Shown here piece by piece: positions 40,494 to 55,249 of a DNA stretch of 64,000 bases. Both the position numbers and the translations under genes were made by a program. The stretch's first letter is position 1. Each line of letters opens with the position of its first letter. The notes beneath the pieces were generated by a model. The model was not told where the DNA came from, ran no database searches, and saw nothing but the letters and a program-made list of their open reading frames with translations. The DNA lies in NCBI RefSeq assembly GCF_009914755.1, contig NC_060939.1. The stretch is one strand, 5' to 3'. This DNA is from the human T2T-CHM13v2.0 reference genome, Homo sapiens.

Positions 40494-41775
40494 AGAATTT
40501 TATATAAATAGAATTGTACATTCTGTGCACTTTTTTGACTTGCATTTTTCACTCATTACAATTATTTTGGGATTTAACCATATTGTTATGTATATCATTG
40601 ATTTATTTCTTTTATTGCTGAGCAGTATTCTACTATATGGAAATACCAGAATATGTTTACTCATTTCATACACATGTTGATGGTCATTTGGTTTATTTAT
40701 AGTTTGGGTAAACATAATGCTATAAACATTAACATACAAGTATTTTGTCTGGATGTACGCTTGCCTTTCTCTTGGGTACATGGTATTGGAATGTAGAGTT
40801 ATATAGTAGATATATGTTCAACATTTTAAGAAGCCATTATACTGTATTCCAAAGTATTGCATGATTTTACATTCCTACCAGTGGTATGTGAGAGTGTAGG
40901 TTGCTCCATGTCTTCCTCACACTTGGTATGGTCAGATTTTAAAATTTCAGCCATTGACCAGGTGTGGTTGCTCACACCTGTAATCCCAAGCACTCTGGGA
41001 GGCCAAGGCAGGCAGATCACTTGAGGTTAGGAGTTCGAAACCAGCCTGGCCAACATGGTGAAACCCCTTCTCTACTAAAATTGCAAAAATTAGCTGGGCA
41101 TGCTGGTGCGTGCCTGTAATCCCAGCTGCCTGGGAGGCTGAGGTGGGAGAATCGCTTGAATCTGGGAGGCAGACGTTGCAGTGAGCCAGATGGCGCCACT
41201 GCACTCCAGCCTGTACAACAGAGTGAGACCCTGTCTCAAAAAAATAACAAAAAACAAAACAAAACAAAAGAAAAAATTCAGCCCCTATAAGTATATGGTG
41301 ATATTTCATTGTGATTTAAGTTTGCATTTATGACAAATTGAACATAGTTGTATGTACTTATCTTTCATCCACATATCTTCTTTGGTGAGGTATCTGTTCA
41401 AATCTTTTGCTCATTTTTTAAAGTTGGGTTGTTTGTTTTCTTATTTTTGAGTTTTAGGATTTATTTATGGATTCTTGATACAAGTCTTTTATCAGATATG
41501 AGTTGCAAATATTTTCTCAGGCTTGTGGCTTGCTTTTCATTCACTTAATGGTGTCTTTTGGAGAGCAAAAGTTTTTAATTTTCATCAAGTGTAATTTATC
41601 AATTTTTTATCTTACAGATTTTGTATTTGGTATCTTGTTTCAGAAATCTTTGCCTAACCCAAGACTAACAGATTTTCTCCTATGTTTTCTTCTAGAAGTT
41701 TTCTTTTTGTTAACCATTATATTTAGTTTACTGACCCATTTTAAGTTAAATTTTGTATATGTCAAAGTTATGTAT
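40494..41775 (-). mobile_element. Old L1MC/MD 3' region, right part
   Basis: Resumes at agaattttatataaatagaat; gaaatctttgcctaacccaag. Confidence 0.8.
40956..41275 (+). mobile_element. AluS (Sx/Sz-like)
   Basis: Dimer; TSD aaaa(t/a)ttcagcc. Confidence 0.9.
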
Positions 41776-41829
41776 GGCTTCTTACTGGGGAGAAAAATCT
41801 TTTAAGGGGGTATTTTGGTAGAGAAAATG

Positions 41830-42805
41830 CAATGTCTTCATCAACCGTTTGTTTTTCCTTCTAGGCACACAGCCTAGACTATTTCCCAGCATCTCTGCAG
41901 TTAGGTTAGGGTAGTATGACTTAGTTTTAATTTGTGCAAGGTGGACAGAATTAATGTGCTTTCTTCTAGACCATACTGTACAACTCTTTGTATAATCCTC
42001 CACATTCTTCATATCCGTTTTCTATGCTAACTTTGGTTGCCATGTGTCCAAAGTAGCTGAGTCACAAAAAAGATGTTAGGTTCCTAAACTGCCACATGAA
42101 GGGCCATTGTTCTGATTATTTAATGCTGCACAATAAACCACACCAAAAGTTAGTGGCTCATACAACAGTCTTTTATTAGATCTTATGACTCTCTGAGTTG
42201 ACTGGGCTCAGCTAGTGGCTCTTGCTTGAGATCTCTCTTGCAATTGAGGGCACTTGTTGGATAGTACAGATGGCTGCAGTCATCTGATGGCTCAACTGGG
42301 TGAGTGACCAAGAAGGTCCACTCACATGGATAGCAGATAATGCTGGCTATGTGCTGGAAACCCAACTGGGATGTCAACTGGAGGGCTTACACTTGGCTTC
42401 TCCATGTAGCATGAAATTCTCTTAGTCTGGTGGTTGGGTTCCAAGAGGAAGAGCCCCATACATGTGCATTCCAAGAGTCAAGAATTGGAAGCAGTTAAGA
42501 CTATGCCTGGAGTGGCATAACATCATTTCCTGCATATTTTATTGATCAAAGTAGTGACAGGCCCTTCCTTTATTCAATGGGAATATAAACTGTATATCTT
42601 GATGGGGGAGTAGTAAAGTCACATTGTAAAAGAACATAACGTATTGATGGCATTGTCATGATCATCTTTAAAAATACAATATGCCATACTCTCCCACCAA
42701 ACACTTGACTGTACTATGGCATAGGTGAGGTAAAAACTTACATTATCCTAACCCCATGAGATTTGAAGGTTTGTTACAGCACTTAGTTTATCCTGACTAC
42801 CATAC
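41830..42805. mobile_element. Nested old MLT1-type LTRs (one at ~42105-42690 inside another)
   Basis: acagcctagactatttcccagc..; ttgactgggctcagctagtgg; gtttgttacagcacttagtttatcctgact. Confidence 0.6.
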
Positions 42806-43721
42806 ATAATAGTGCATCCACTGAGAGAACCACCCTCTTGCCTCCTGGATTATCAGTAATGCCTCCTCTCGGCTTGGATAAGGAAACAGTACTTTATTTT
42901 CACGATGAGGATACCAACATTTTAAGCAGAATACTTAGTCCTAGGTGTAATGAGGTACCTGCTATATTCACTCACAAGGACATTTGGTATACCAAGCTCC
43001 AGCTGCCAAGTTAAAGGTCTGGCTCAACTTCCACTGGGAAATAATCACCTTACAGGCAGTGTCATTTCACAAGCAGAACTTCCCACCTCCAGACTTCTGG
43101 TTGGTTCAAGTGGGAGATCCACCTCAAATCCTGAGTTCTATTTTGCACATTTCAGAATCTTATTTCAAATTCCAAGGTTTTTTCCACATAGACTTAACTC
43201 TATTTCAAGGATCGCATATATTCAAATGAATTTTATATATTGCATTTTTATAAGCATCCCTCAATAATTTATTAGAATTCTTAATGGTAGCACAAGAAGT
43301 GCTATCTCTTTGTGTAGGGCCCACTTCAAATCATTTGCATAGTACCTATATATTGGTTAAGGGTTCAGTCTTGTACTTCTACCTTCCAAGAGTCTTGTTT
43401 CTGCTGTTTAGGGGCCCAAAGAACTGATATCAGGAAGAATGTATTGCCACAGATTGTTTTCTCCAGTTCGTATGATGTCTATCTAGTAGGAACCCTCCTT
43501 GGACTTCCTACACATATATGATAGTCTGGGAGAACCCACCCATTCTCAACAACTAGTAAGGTAGATGTAGATTCCTTGGTTAAGGAGATAAGTTTGAACA
43601 CAGACAGACCATTTTTCTGCATTGAAATCACTGAGGCAGTTTCTTCAGGTTAATGTATAAGAGTATACTTTTTCCCTTAGAGCTTCCAGTCATTCTGTAC
43701 TGGAATTCATAAACTCTTGTC

Positions 43722-43872
43722 CAGTCAGGTATGTTGGCTCACGCCTGTAATCTCAGCACTTTGGGAGGTGGAGGTGGGTGGATCACTTGTGGCCTGGAGT
43801 TCAAGACCAGCCTTGCTAACATAGCAAAACCTTGTCTCTACTAAATAAATGAATAAAAATTACAAAAAAATA
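43722..43872 (+). mobile_element. Alu left monomer with its own TSD
   Basis: TSD cataaactcttg at 43708-43719 and 43873-43884. Confidence 0.85.
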
Positions 43873-43895
43873 CATAAACTCTTGGCCTTTTTGTG

Positions 43896-44288
43896 GTATC
43901 TTAGTACATTTTGTGCTGCTATAACAGAATAGTTAAAACTGGATAATTTGTAGAGAACAGAAATTTATTTCTTATAGTTCTGGAGGCTGGGAAGTCCAAA
44001 ATCAAGGTGCCAGTGGGTTTAGTGTCTGTTGAGGGCCCAAGCCTCTGCCTTGAGTGCTGCATCCTCCAGAGGGGAAAAACACTGCTCCTCATGTGGCAGA
44101 AGAGTGGAAGAGCAAAGAAAGACAGAGCTCACTTTTCAAAGCCCACTTTTAAAGGTATTAAGCCCACCCATGAGGGCAAAGCCCTCACAGCCTAATCAAC
44201 TCTCAAAGGGCCATCCTCTTAATACTATTACAATGGCAATTAAATTTCAACATGAGCTTTGGAGAGGACAAACATTCAAACCATAGCA
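43896..44288 (-). mobile_element. MST (C/D-like) MaLR LTR
   Basis: tcttagtacattttgtgctgctataaca ... aacattcaaaccatagca. Confidence 0.85.
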
Positions 44289-44301
44289 GGTGAATACAAG
44301 A

Positions 44302-44458
44302 AGAGCCAACTTCAAAGACATGCAACCTATGCAGTTGCGCAGAACCCTGCTCTTAGCATAACTCCATGCTTGGTTTAATACTGTGCTTTTGCTGTCTTGA
44401 AATTCTTAATATTTTTTCATTTTGCAGTGGGTCCCATACATTATGCAGTTGGTACTGG
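44302..44458 (+). mobile_element. MER91A-like hAT-Tip100 element
   Basis: gcttggtttaatactgtgc..gtcttgaaattcttaata..ttttcattttgca. Confidence 0.7.
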
Positions 44459-44635
44459 GTACAAGGACCATTATTCCTCTAATCAAACAAATCAGTGTCT
44501 TCCTAATGATGCTCTGCACTATTACTAATGTCTTGAGGGTAAAATTCCTCCGAATGAAATCTGGGAATTGCCATAGGAGTCAGTATCTCCTGAAAACAGG
44601 TGACACTAAAGGCCAGAAGTTTTAGAATATTCACA

Positions 44636-45735
44636 GAATTCATAACTAAGACCCCAAAAGCAAATGCAACATAAATAAATAAATAGTACCTAATTAAACT
44701 AAAAAGCTTCTGCCCGGCAAAAAAATAATCAGCAGAGTAAACAGACAACCCACAGAGTAGGAGAAAATATTTGCAAACTATACATCTGACAAAGGACTAG
44801 TATCCAGAATCTACAAAGAACTCAAACAAGAAAAAAAACAAATAATCCCATCAAAAAATGGGCAAAGGACATGAATAGACATTTCTCAAAAGAAGATATA
44901 CAAACAGCCAACAAACATTTGAAAAAATGCTCAACATCACTAATTATCAGAGAATGCAAGTTAAAACCACAATGAGATACTATTTTATTCCTGCAAGAGT
45001 GGCCATAATTTAAAAGTCAAAAACCAATAGACGTTGGAGTAGATGTGGTGAAAAGGGAACACTTTTACACTGTTGATGGGAACAGAAATTAGTACAGCCA
45101 TTGTGGAAAACAGTATGGAGATTCCTTAAAGAACTAAAATGTGGAACTACCATTTGATCCAACAATCTCACTACTGGGTATCTACCCAAAGGAAAAGAAG
45201 TCATTATATCAAAAAGACACATTCACATGCAAGTTTATAGCAGTGCAATTTGCAATTTTAAAGATATAGAACCAACATAAGTGCCCATCAACCAATGAGT
45301 GGATAAAGAAAATATCCTATATATACACCATGAAATACTAATCAGCCATAAAAAGGAAAGAAATAATGTCTTTTGTAGCAACTTGGATGGAGCCGGAGGC
45401 CATTATTCTAAATGAAGTAACTCAGGAATGGAAAATCAAATATTGTATGTTCTCACTTTTAAGAGGGAGCTAAGCTATGAGGACACAAAGGCCTAAGAGT
45501 GATGTAATGGACTTTGGGGACTCACGGTGGTGGGACTTTGGTGGTGGTGGGGGAAACTATGTTTGGGAGGGTGGTGAGGCATAAAAGACTACATATTGGG
45601 TACAGTATACACTGCCTGGGTGACGTGTGCACTAAAATCTGAGAATTTACCACTAAAGAACTTATCCATGTAACCAAAAACCACTGATATTCCAAAAAAA
45701 TTGAAATAAAAAAACTAAATTAATTAATTAAAAAA
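44636..45735 (+). mobile_element. L1PB-like 3' end
   Basis: ORF2 C-terminal DNA plus 3'UTR aaaagactacatattgggtacagt. Confidence 0.9.
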
Positions 45736-48700
45736 CAGTGTATAAGAGTTCCAGTGTTAACATTCTTGCCAATCTTTGATATTGTCAAGGTTTTGTTTGT
45801 TTGTTTGTTTGAGGGAGGATTTTAGCCTTTCTTTCTGTGTATGTAGTAATATGTCTTGATTATTTGGATTTGCATTTCTCTAATGCCAATGAGATTGAGC
45901 ACTGTCTCGTGTAGGTTTCGGTGGTTTGAATATTCTCTTCTGTGAAATGTTTATTCAACTCTTTTTTCCACTTTTCTTCTCCCAACTTTGAGTTAGTTGT
46001 GAATTGTCTTTGTCTAATTGATTTGAAGGATTTCTTTACATAATCTGAATAGGAGTCCCTTGTCAAATACATGTATCACAAATATTTTCTCTCATTTGTG
46101 TAGCTTGCATTCTGGCTTTTTTAATGGAATCTTTTTCAGATCTTAATTTAATAAAGACCAAGTTGCCAACATAATATAGAATATCATCATGTTCTGTAAA
46201 ATATGCAAAGATTTCTTTTCTTTTTTTTCTTTTTTTCTTTTGAGAGGGAGTCTCGCTCTCTCGCCAGGCTGGAGTGCAGTGGCACAACCTCAGCTCTCTG
46301 CAACCTCCTTCTCAGGGTTCGGTTCAAGCAATTCTCCTGCCTCAGCCTCCTGAGTAGCTGGGACTACAGGTGTGCGCCACCACACATGGCTAATTTTTGT
46401 ATTTTTAGTAGAGACAGGGTTTCACCATGTTGGCCAGGATGGTCTCGATCTCCTGACCTCATGATCTGCCCTCCTCGGCCTCCCAAAATGCTGGGATTAT
46501 AGGCGTGAGCCACCATGCCCAGCCACAAAGATTTCTGAAATAGGACACAAAAGCCCTAACCAGTATATTTAGAGATCTTTGCTTATCTCAAGTTCATGAA
46601 GACAGTTTATGTTATCTCCTAAAAACTTTATTGTTTTCTCTTTTAATTTACATCTACCATTATCAGGAGTTAATTTTTGTGTATAGCATGAGGTTGAAGT
46701 GGAAGATCTGGATATCCCATTGCCAGCACTGTATGTTGAAAAGGCCTGAACTGAAATGGCAACTTGGTCATTACTTAGGTGACTTTGAAAGTGCAGCTCT
46801 ATATTCATGAGGGAAATTAGTCTACAGATTCCCTTTTTAGTAATGTCCTCATTGGTGTTTGTTTTAAGATTAGGTTGTCTTCACAGAAAACATTGAAAAT
46901 GCTCCATGTTTTCCTGGTCTCTTGGAAAGTTTGTGTAAGAATGGTGCTACTTATGTGGAGGAATTCATCAGGAAAGCAATCTAGGCTTGGAGTTTTCTTT
47001 GTGGATGAATTTTAATTAGTGATTAAGTTTCTTTAATAGATACTGAACCATTCATATTTTAATTTTTTCTGATATTTGTTAAATTGTATTTTGCAAGAAA
47101 TTTATCAACTTCCTTTAAATTTTTAAATTTAAAGTTGTTCATAACATTCTCTTTTAACTATTTAATGTCTGATAAATAGTACTGATATTTTTCATTTCTT
47201 ATATTGGTTGTTTGTTCTTTTCCCCCACCTTGATCAGCCTTGCTAAAGATCTGTCAATTTTATTAGCCTTTGCAGACTCAGATTTTGGCTTAATTTTCTC
47301 TATTGCATTTTCTTCCTATTTCGTTGGTGTCTACTCTTTATTGTTTTTATTTCTCTGCTTCTTTGGATTTCATTTGTTTTTCAGCCTCTTAAGATTGATA
47401 CTTAAGTAATTTTTAATCTTTTTTCATTTCTAATATTCACACCTAATGCTATATATTTTCCTCTAAGAATGAATCCACATATGTTGAATCCTGCATGTGT
47501 TGATATGTTGTGTTTTTATTATCACTCAGTTCAAAACTCTCTAATATCCATTATAATTTCTAGTTTGAAGCCTGGTTATTTAGAAGTGTATTGCTTGAAT
47601 TCCCATCAATTAGTTAAGGGATTTTTTAGTTTTCTTTTTAAATTCTTAATTCCTTATTTTTTTTGTTAGACAATCTCATACTCGGGAATTAATTCGTATT
47701 TTAAATCCACTTTAGTCAGAGAACATGCTCTTTATGATTTCAATTTTGAATTTGGTGAGACTTACTTTAGGATCCACTATAGGGTTAAGTTTTATAAATT
47801 ACATGTGCACTTGAAAAATGCATATTCTGAAGTTTTGGGAGGGGTAGAGATTTATCTATATCAATTAGGTCAAATTTATAAATTATGTTTTCCAAGTCTT
47901 ATTGACTTGGAATATTTTATGCCTACTGATTTTTTTTGACTGCTTGTTATATTAGTTAATGTGATTGTGACTTTGTCTATTTCTCCTTTAAGTTGTTGGC
48001 TTTTAAATTTATATACTCTGAGGCTGGTTATTAAGCAAATAAACATTTAGAATTCTTATGGTTTTCTGCGTCATGACCCTTTTATCATTATGAAATGTCC
48101 CTATTTATCTCTCTGTAATATTATAATGCTTCTGTGTTAATAGCTATTTTTTCTAATATTAATATTGCTACCCAGCCATGTTTTGGTTTGATATTTTATC
48201 TTCCATTTTTGCCTTCTTTTAGATTTAGTAAGTATTTTTCATTATTCCATTTCTCCCTTTTCTTAGTTGTTAGTTATATACTATTTCATAATTCTGTTAG
48301 TGATTACCTAAATGATGGCAATATGCAATCTTGATTTGCTACCATAAATTCATTATTTTACCACTGCCTGGATAATGGAAGAACATTATTGTTTTTAAAC
48401 TCTTTGTCAGCACCTCACCCCCTGAATTCTCTCTATATTTTACATTTCAGAAGTCATTACTATTACTGTTTTGAATAGTCAATATATATCTAGTTTCACT
48501 TACATATTTACCATTTCCAGTGATACTCTTCATTATTTTTTGCACCATTGGGATTTCATCTGGCATCATTTTTTTTTCATCTGGCATCATTTTTTTAACC
48601 CGAAGAACCCTCTTTAATATTTCTTTTGACATGGGTCTGCTGGAAACAATTTACATGAGTTTTGTTTATCTGAAAACATCTTTATTTTGCCTTCATTTCT

Positions 48701-49060
48701 TAAGGATATTTCCACTGTGTAAAATTCTGGATTTGTCATTATTTAAAGCATATGAAAGATGTTGTTTCATGATTTTCTTGCTTCCATTGTTTCTTTTGAG
48801 AAGTCAGCTTATATTATTGTTAAAGTTTGATTTTTTTCTCCAGCTGCTTTTAAGCTTTTCCTTCTATCTTTTGTTTTCAGCATTTTTACAAAAATTTTCC
48901 TAAATTGTGAATTTCTTTGTATACGTCCTGGTTGACATTAACAGTGCTCTTGGATCAGTGTTTTGTCAGGAAATTTTTAGCAGAGTCTCTTCTTGCTTCT
49001 GTCTCATTTTTTCAAGGGTCTTGTTGGAGTCCAATTATTCCATTTACTATGTTAGACCTT
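45736..49060 (-). mobile_element. Fragmented ancient L1M (L1ME-like)
   Basis: T-rich L1 antisense segments (tttgcatttctctaatg; tttatcattatgaaatgtccc; tttattttgccttcattt). Confidence 0.7.
46217..46524 (-). mobile_element. AluSc-like
   Basis: caggatggtctcgatctcctgacctcatgatc; TSD caaagatttct. Confidence 0.9.
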
Positions 49061-49087
49061 TTCAGTTTTTTCAAATATCTGTCATGC

Positions 49088-49559
<472 letters not shown>

Positions 49560-49747
49560 TAAGACTAGTACCTTCTATGACACCCCAACTCTGACAAGAG
49601 GCAGTAACCACTAATATACATTCTCCTCTCCCTTATTTGGAGATGAATTCAGATACATTAAACTGCAAGTAATTTTACGCTTAAGCCTTGTACAACACTA
49701 AAATATACAGTAATAATAGTCATTATACAAATGTATGGTTGAGTTTA

Positions 49748-50421
<674 letters not shown>

Positions 50422-51329
50422 GCTTACCTTTGAGTGTTTTACACATTTATGGGTATGCTTTTTGTTTGTAACCATAATTAGGAAGGCGAGAGCATTACTG
50501 GTCTTTATTGGACTGGGGCTACGAATGCTATGTAGTCTGCAATGGAAGGGACAGGTCCATACAAGGGATCAATAGTTATACTTCATGCAGGATTTCCAAC
50601 AGTTCTGCTAGAGTATTCATGTAGGTGACATGCCTGCTAATAATGATCTAACCTTATACTCTTAGTACCTTTTACATATGAACCCTAAAATACATTTTTT
50701 AAATCCTTTAGATAAGAGATTGAATTCTTCATGGATAGTACACAGAGGGTATATTATGTTTTGTTTGTTTGGAACTTTACAGAGAATTCGCCACAATTTT
50801 GGAAAACCACATCAACTACCTTACTTTGCTGGCGGTATGTTTGTTGCTTATACAACTAATGCTTTGTCAGCAATGAAGCACATCATCTGAATATGCAGTT
50901 GAGGGGATTCTACATAGATAGATGCAAGCATCTGATCACTTCATTGGTCTTCCGCATTTCATAAGGAGAAAAATATTACCTTGTTATAAATTACTTCATT
51001 TTTTCCTTCAAGTTGAAGCATCGTCGTGTATATTGATTTAAAAATTATATGTGTAGGCATGTGATATTAGTTACTAATTTTAGCTGAAGATAATTATAAT
51101 TTTATTTCAGATTTCTGTTATTAAAAAGGTCTGGAATCGGATAGGTTGAGATCAACCCGATACCACGATATTTGCTAAAATTTATTTGAACACACAGAAA
51201 AGTCCCAACACAGAGAACTCTTTATTACTATTATTTATTATTTCTACTATTCTTTTAAAAAATTATTATCGTTACACGCAGCGGTTTTAGGCACTATGAA
51301 GTGTTTATTGCCTCGGGGCTGGGAACCTT

Positions 51330-51880
51330 TGCGCCCTTCTTCAGCTGTGCTCTCAGGCAGTTACCGGCCAGACCCGGACCGGAACCTTGGCGCGGTGACG
51401 CTAGTTTCCGGCGGGCTACTTAGAGCGCCGAACAGCTCTGGGCCAAAGGACCATGAGAGGGCCGGAGCCGGGTCCCCAACCGACGATGGAGGGAGACGTG
51501 CTGGACACACTGGAGGCGCTGGGGTGAGTGCTTTTGGAGACGCCTTTTCCCTGAAAACGCAACCTCTCCTTGGCCTGGCTGCTTAGCCTACTTCCCTTGG
51601 GCCTCTGTGGGCCTGGGCGGCCATGTGTAGGCCTCCTTCCCTGCCTCGATCCCTCCGGCGCCGACGGAGTTAAGCGGGAGGCGGGAGAGAAATCTATTTG
51701 GGGGGTGGAGCAGGGCCGGAGAGCTGGGGTTCGTGGCCCCCTCTTCGAAACTTCTTGCCTCGAAACTCTGTTGCAGGAATCCGCCGGGTGGCGCGGAGCG
51801 GCCCTTCTAGCACCGGTTTTCTGGGCTAGCTCGCGCCCGCAGGTGATATTTGTGTTGACGTAGTTCTGGCGCCCGGAGGG
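51330..51880 (+). promoter_or_regulatory. FAM98B: FAM98B CpG-island promoter and first exon
   Basis: Only strongly CpG-rich non-Alu stretch in the window; ETS cores CCGGAA (51379-51384) and TTCCGG (51406-51411) flank a CRE half-site TGACG (51396-51400); no TATA box seen. Confidence 0.85.
51453..51523 (+). CDS. FAM98B: FAM98B coding exon 1 (MRGPEPGPQPTMEGDVLDTLEALG)
   Basis: ATG at 51453 inside a CpG island; translation matches the recalled FAM98B N-terminus; donor GG|gtgagt at 51524; 71 coding nt, phase 2. Confidence 0.96.
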
Positions 51881-53744
51881 AGGTGCTGGAACCTGAGCTG
51901 CTGTTGAGGACTGTTGTCTCCTACAATGTACAACTTGTGGCTTACTTGGGGCTCTGGAGCGAATGGCTTTTACTTTGACCGGAGAAAGTGTTGTAGTTCA
52001 TTGCGAGTTCGTTCTTTCAACCATTTCGTCCGTTCGTCAACGTGTATATTAGCTTGTATATTAATTTACACATATTTACGTTTGTAAATTTCCCCTAGGC
52101 AAGGGAAAAGGATAGTTTTTCAGATTACTCTTGGCTTACATAGTCGCGCAGGCTGCAAGTCTGCTGCCGGCTGGTATTTACAGTGCAGAATGGTAAGTGC
52201 TGTGAGAACTCAGGGTGGAGGTGGGAGTAATGTTAATACTTAACAAGTGTGGTGGTTCGTAATCTCCCCCTCAACCTCATCCTGTTTTTTTCCACACAGC
52301 TCTTGTCCCCATCCCAAATTATCATGTCCTGCCCATTCATTTGTCTCTTGAACTCTGCTTCTCCCTCGTTTTATTCCTCCTCCTCCCCAAGTCAGCTCCT
52401 GGAAAACTGATGCTTTGCATATTTTATTCACCGATGTTTTCCCAGCAACACACTAGAACGGAGTCTTTTACAGTAAATAGTGGTTGAATGAATGAGTAAA
52501 TGAATGAAGAAAAGCTTAGAGAAGAGTCCACAGCAGTAAGCATAGGACCAGATAGTTGAGTCATACAGTGCACATTAAATAAAGAGCTTGGAGCCATCTG
52601 CACATTTGTTTGCCCTGCTACGTGCTGCTGTTTCTTGATAGGGGAAGCTGTGCCTTTGCAGCGTTATTATGAAGCTTGAACCAATCCCACACCCCACTTT
52701 ATCTTCTCTAAAACTGCATTTGCCCCTCTATCAATTGTTTCTTTAGTTGAACCCTGATAATACCTACTTTGCAGTGACCCAGGGTTACGGAGTCTTGCAC
52801 TTAGTAGATCGTGAATACATATTTGTCAAACGAAAGAACAGTGCCATTGATTATTTAGGGGGCATTTTTACTTCTGTGAAGTCCCTTGGAAGTTCTCACT
52901 TAACTTGGTTAAGAAGGAACCAAAACAAGAACTGAAAATACTTAGTAGAATTATTTAGGCTCCAAACAGTTTGAGCTCCCAAGTACTTCAGGTAAGAATA
53001 TTGGGAACTCATAAATGGTTTATGAAAAAGGAAAAGGCAGTGCTTTTCTTCTTTCTTCATTTCTTGAACTTATTGTTCATATTATAAGTGTTTTAGAAAA
53101 TTCATTGCTATAATCTTGATTTTTATCAAGGAAAATTAGTCAGATTATTCAACATGGAAAGTAAAACAGTTTACACACTCCAAAATTAGTTTTTCCTGGA
53201 ATAACTATGAGGGCAACATTTTGAAGTTTGAATTCTCCTATGATAATACGATGTGAAAAAAGTAGTTATTTACAATATGTGTTGTAATGGAACACTGTGT
53301 TTTCAAATATCCATGTAGATAGTGAATAATGCATTTTCTGTTGTAAGGTATTGAGGATATCAGCAAAGGTACTTCAGTTTGTCATGTAAAATAAATTAAT
53401 GGGAGGCATTTGAAGGGAAAAATCTATGTGAAAGGACAATTTAGTGATACAGGTGAAAACAGGATAGGCTAGGAGTCAGTCAGTTTTCTCATCTGTGAAA
53501 AGAGAGGGCTGGAGCAGATGATTTTAGAAGTCTCTTTCAGTTCTGATAGTCTCTGATTTTGTGGAATAGTAGATCTCAACACTGGAAGTACATCAGAGTC
53601 GTGTGGAACTTGTGAAAAACTGTTCCAGTCTAGTATATACCATAGACTGACCGAATCATAATCTTCAGAGGTACAGTACAGACCTGCATATTTTTAAAAA
53701 GATTCACAGACTCAGTTGAGAAACACTACTATGGAGAGAAGTTT

Positions 53745-55237
53745 CCTTTAAATATTTATTGAACACACTGTATATTGGACCTCGTTCTGAGGAGTCAGTG
53801 GTGAGCAAAATAGACTTGGTTCCTACCCTTGTGGAGTTTATAATCTAGTGGAGAAACAGACATGATCACAAAAACAATTATAAACTATAATAAATGTGTC
53901 AAAGGAAAAGAACAGGGTGATGTAACAGGAGGATCTAAGAAGTCTTAGGGGTTAGTGATAGATTCCTGAGGAAGTGACATTTGAGTTGAAATAAGAAGGG
54001 TGAATAGAAATTAAGTAGTTAAGGTTGGATGGATGAAAAAGGGGGACAAAGATATCCTTACAGTGAGAAGAAAATGTGAAGACTTTGAAATGTGAAGGAG
54101 CTTGCTGTATTAGAAGAACTGGAAGGAGGCTAATGTGGTTGGAAGGCAGAGTGTGAGGGGCAGAGTGGTGGGAAATTGGATTCAAGAGTTAGGTGAAAAT
54201 CAGGGCATGCAGCCCCTTTTAGTCTGTGTTGTGGATTTTATTCTTGATCATAACAGCAATGGGATGTGATCGAATAATTTTAAATAAAAAGGGAGTGGTT
54301 AGATGTCTAGTTTGAAAGTTACATCTGTCAGCAAGATGGAAAATAGATTGGAGAATTTAGTTAATAGTCTGTGAAAGAAATGATGGTTGCTTAGTGGCAG
54401 TGGATATGGGAAGAACTACATTACTGAACTTAGTGATTGATTGGATATTAAAATTCAAGGATTCATTTCTCTTTATTTTAAAAAATTTTTTAGATACAGG
54501 GTCTTGTTATGATACCCGGGCTAGTCTTGAACTCCTGGCCTCAAATGATCTCCTGCCTTGGCTTCTCAAAGTGTTGGGATTACAGGTGTGAGCCACCACG
54601 CCCCAACAGATTAATTTCTTCAGTTGGTATTTATTGAGCACCAAAATGAAATGATACACCTTAGAATCTAAATTGGATACAGAAGAATGTGAAGATAGGA
54701 GAGAGTTGGTAAATATGGAGAATGCAGAGGAATCAATGAATGGAGGTAATGATGATATCAAAGAATAGTTATAGGTGAGTGGTCGAAGAAGCAAGTGGAA
54801 GGATAAATAAGAGGTTGTGGTCAGGGAGCCACATGTTTGGATAAGTGATTTTGGAGGTGCAGTGGTTGTAAGTAATGGCAAGGGTGCAAGGGGGGCTGAG
54901 TGACATGTGCAGGTTGGAATTGAGAGCTCAGGGTGTGAGATAGGGTATACATACAGACATTAAAGAAACTCAGTGTAATGGCAAGAATAGAGGTGGAGAG
55001 GAAAACTGAGCAAAGGGGATGTTGGGGAGTGTCCAAGAGGTAATAGATGAAAACCACAAGTGAATGGGTGGCAAATCTGAGTGGCCTGTGCCTCAAGGAA
55101 ATAGGAGATATTTATAAGATAATGGGAGAGCAGTGATAATGATGCTATTTTGGTAAGAAAGGAGGCCAAAACTCCTACTATCTGACCTTAAGGCATTTGT
55201 GAAAATAAAAATAATTAAAGCTAGAGATGGTAGGAAT
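53745..55237 (-). mobile_element. L2 fragments, interrupted by a FLAM
   Basis: atatttattgaacac, gaggaagtgacatttgagttga, cttagtgattgattggat. Confidence 0.7.
54486..54605 (-). mobile_element. FLAM-like monomer
   Basis: gaactcctggcctcaaatgatc..caaagtgttgggattacaggtgtgagccacc. Confidence 0.82.
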
Positions 55238-55249
55238 AACAATCTTACT

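Noticed and set aside
48554-48595. 21-bp tandem duplication (tttcatctggcatcatttttt x2); similar 19-bp duplication near 32395-32432
   Set aside because: Ordinary slippage duplications inside dead L1 sequence.
50440-51110. Possible Charlie-type DNA transposon remnant or ncRNA upstream of the promoter
   Set aside because: The resemblance is too weak to assign by eye, and I recognised no tRNA, snRNA or snoRNA signature.
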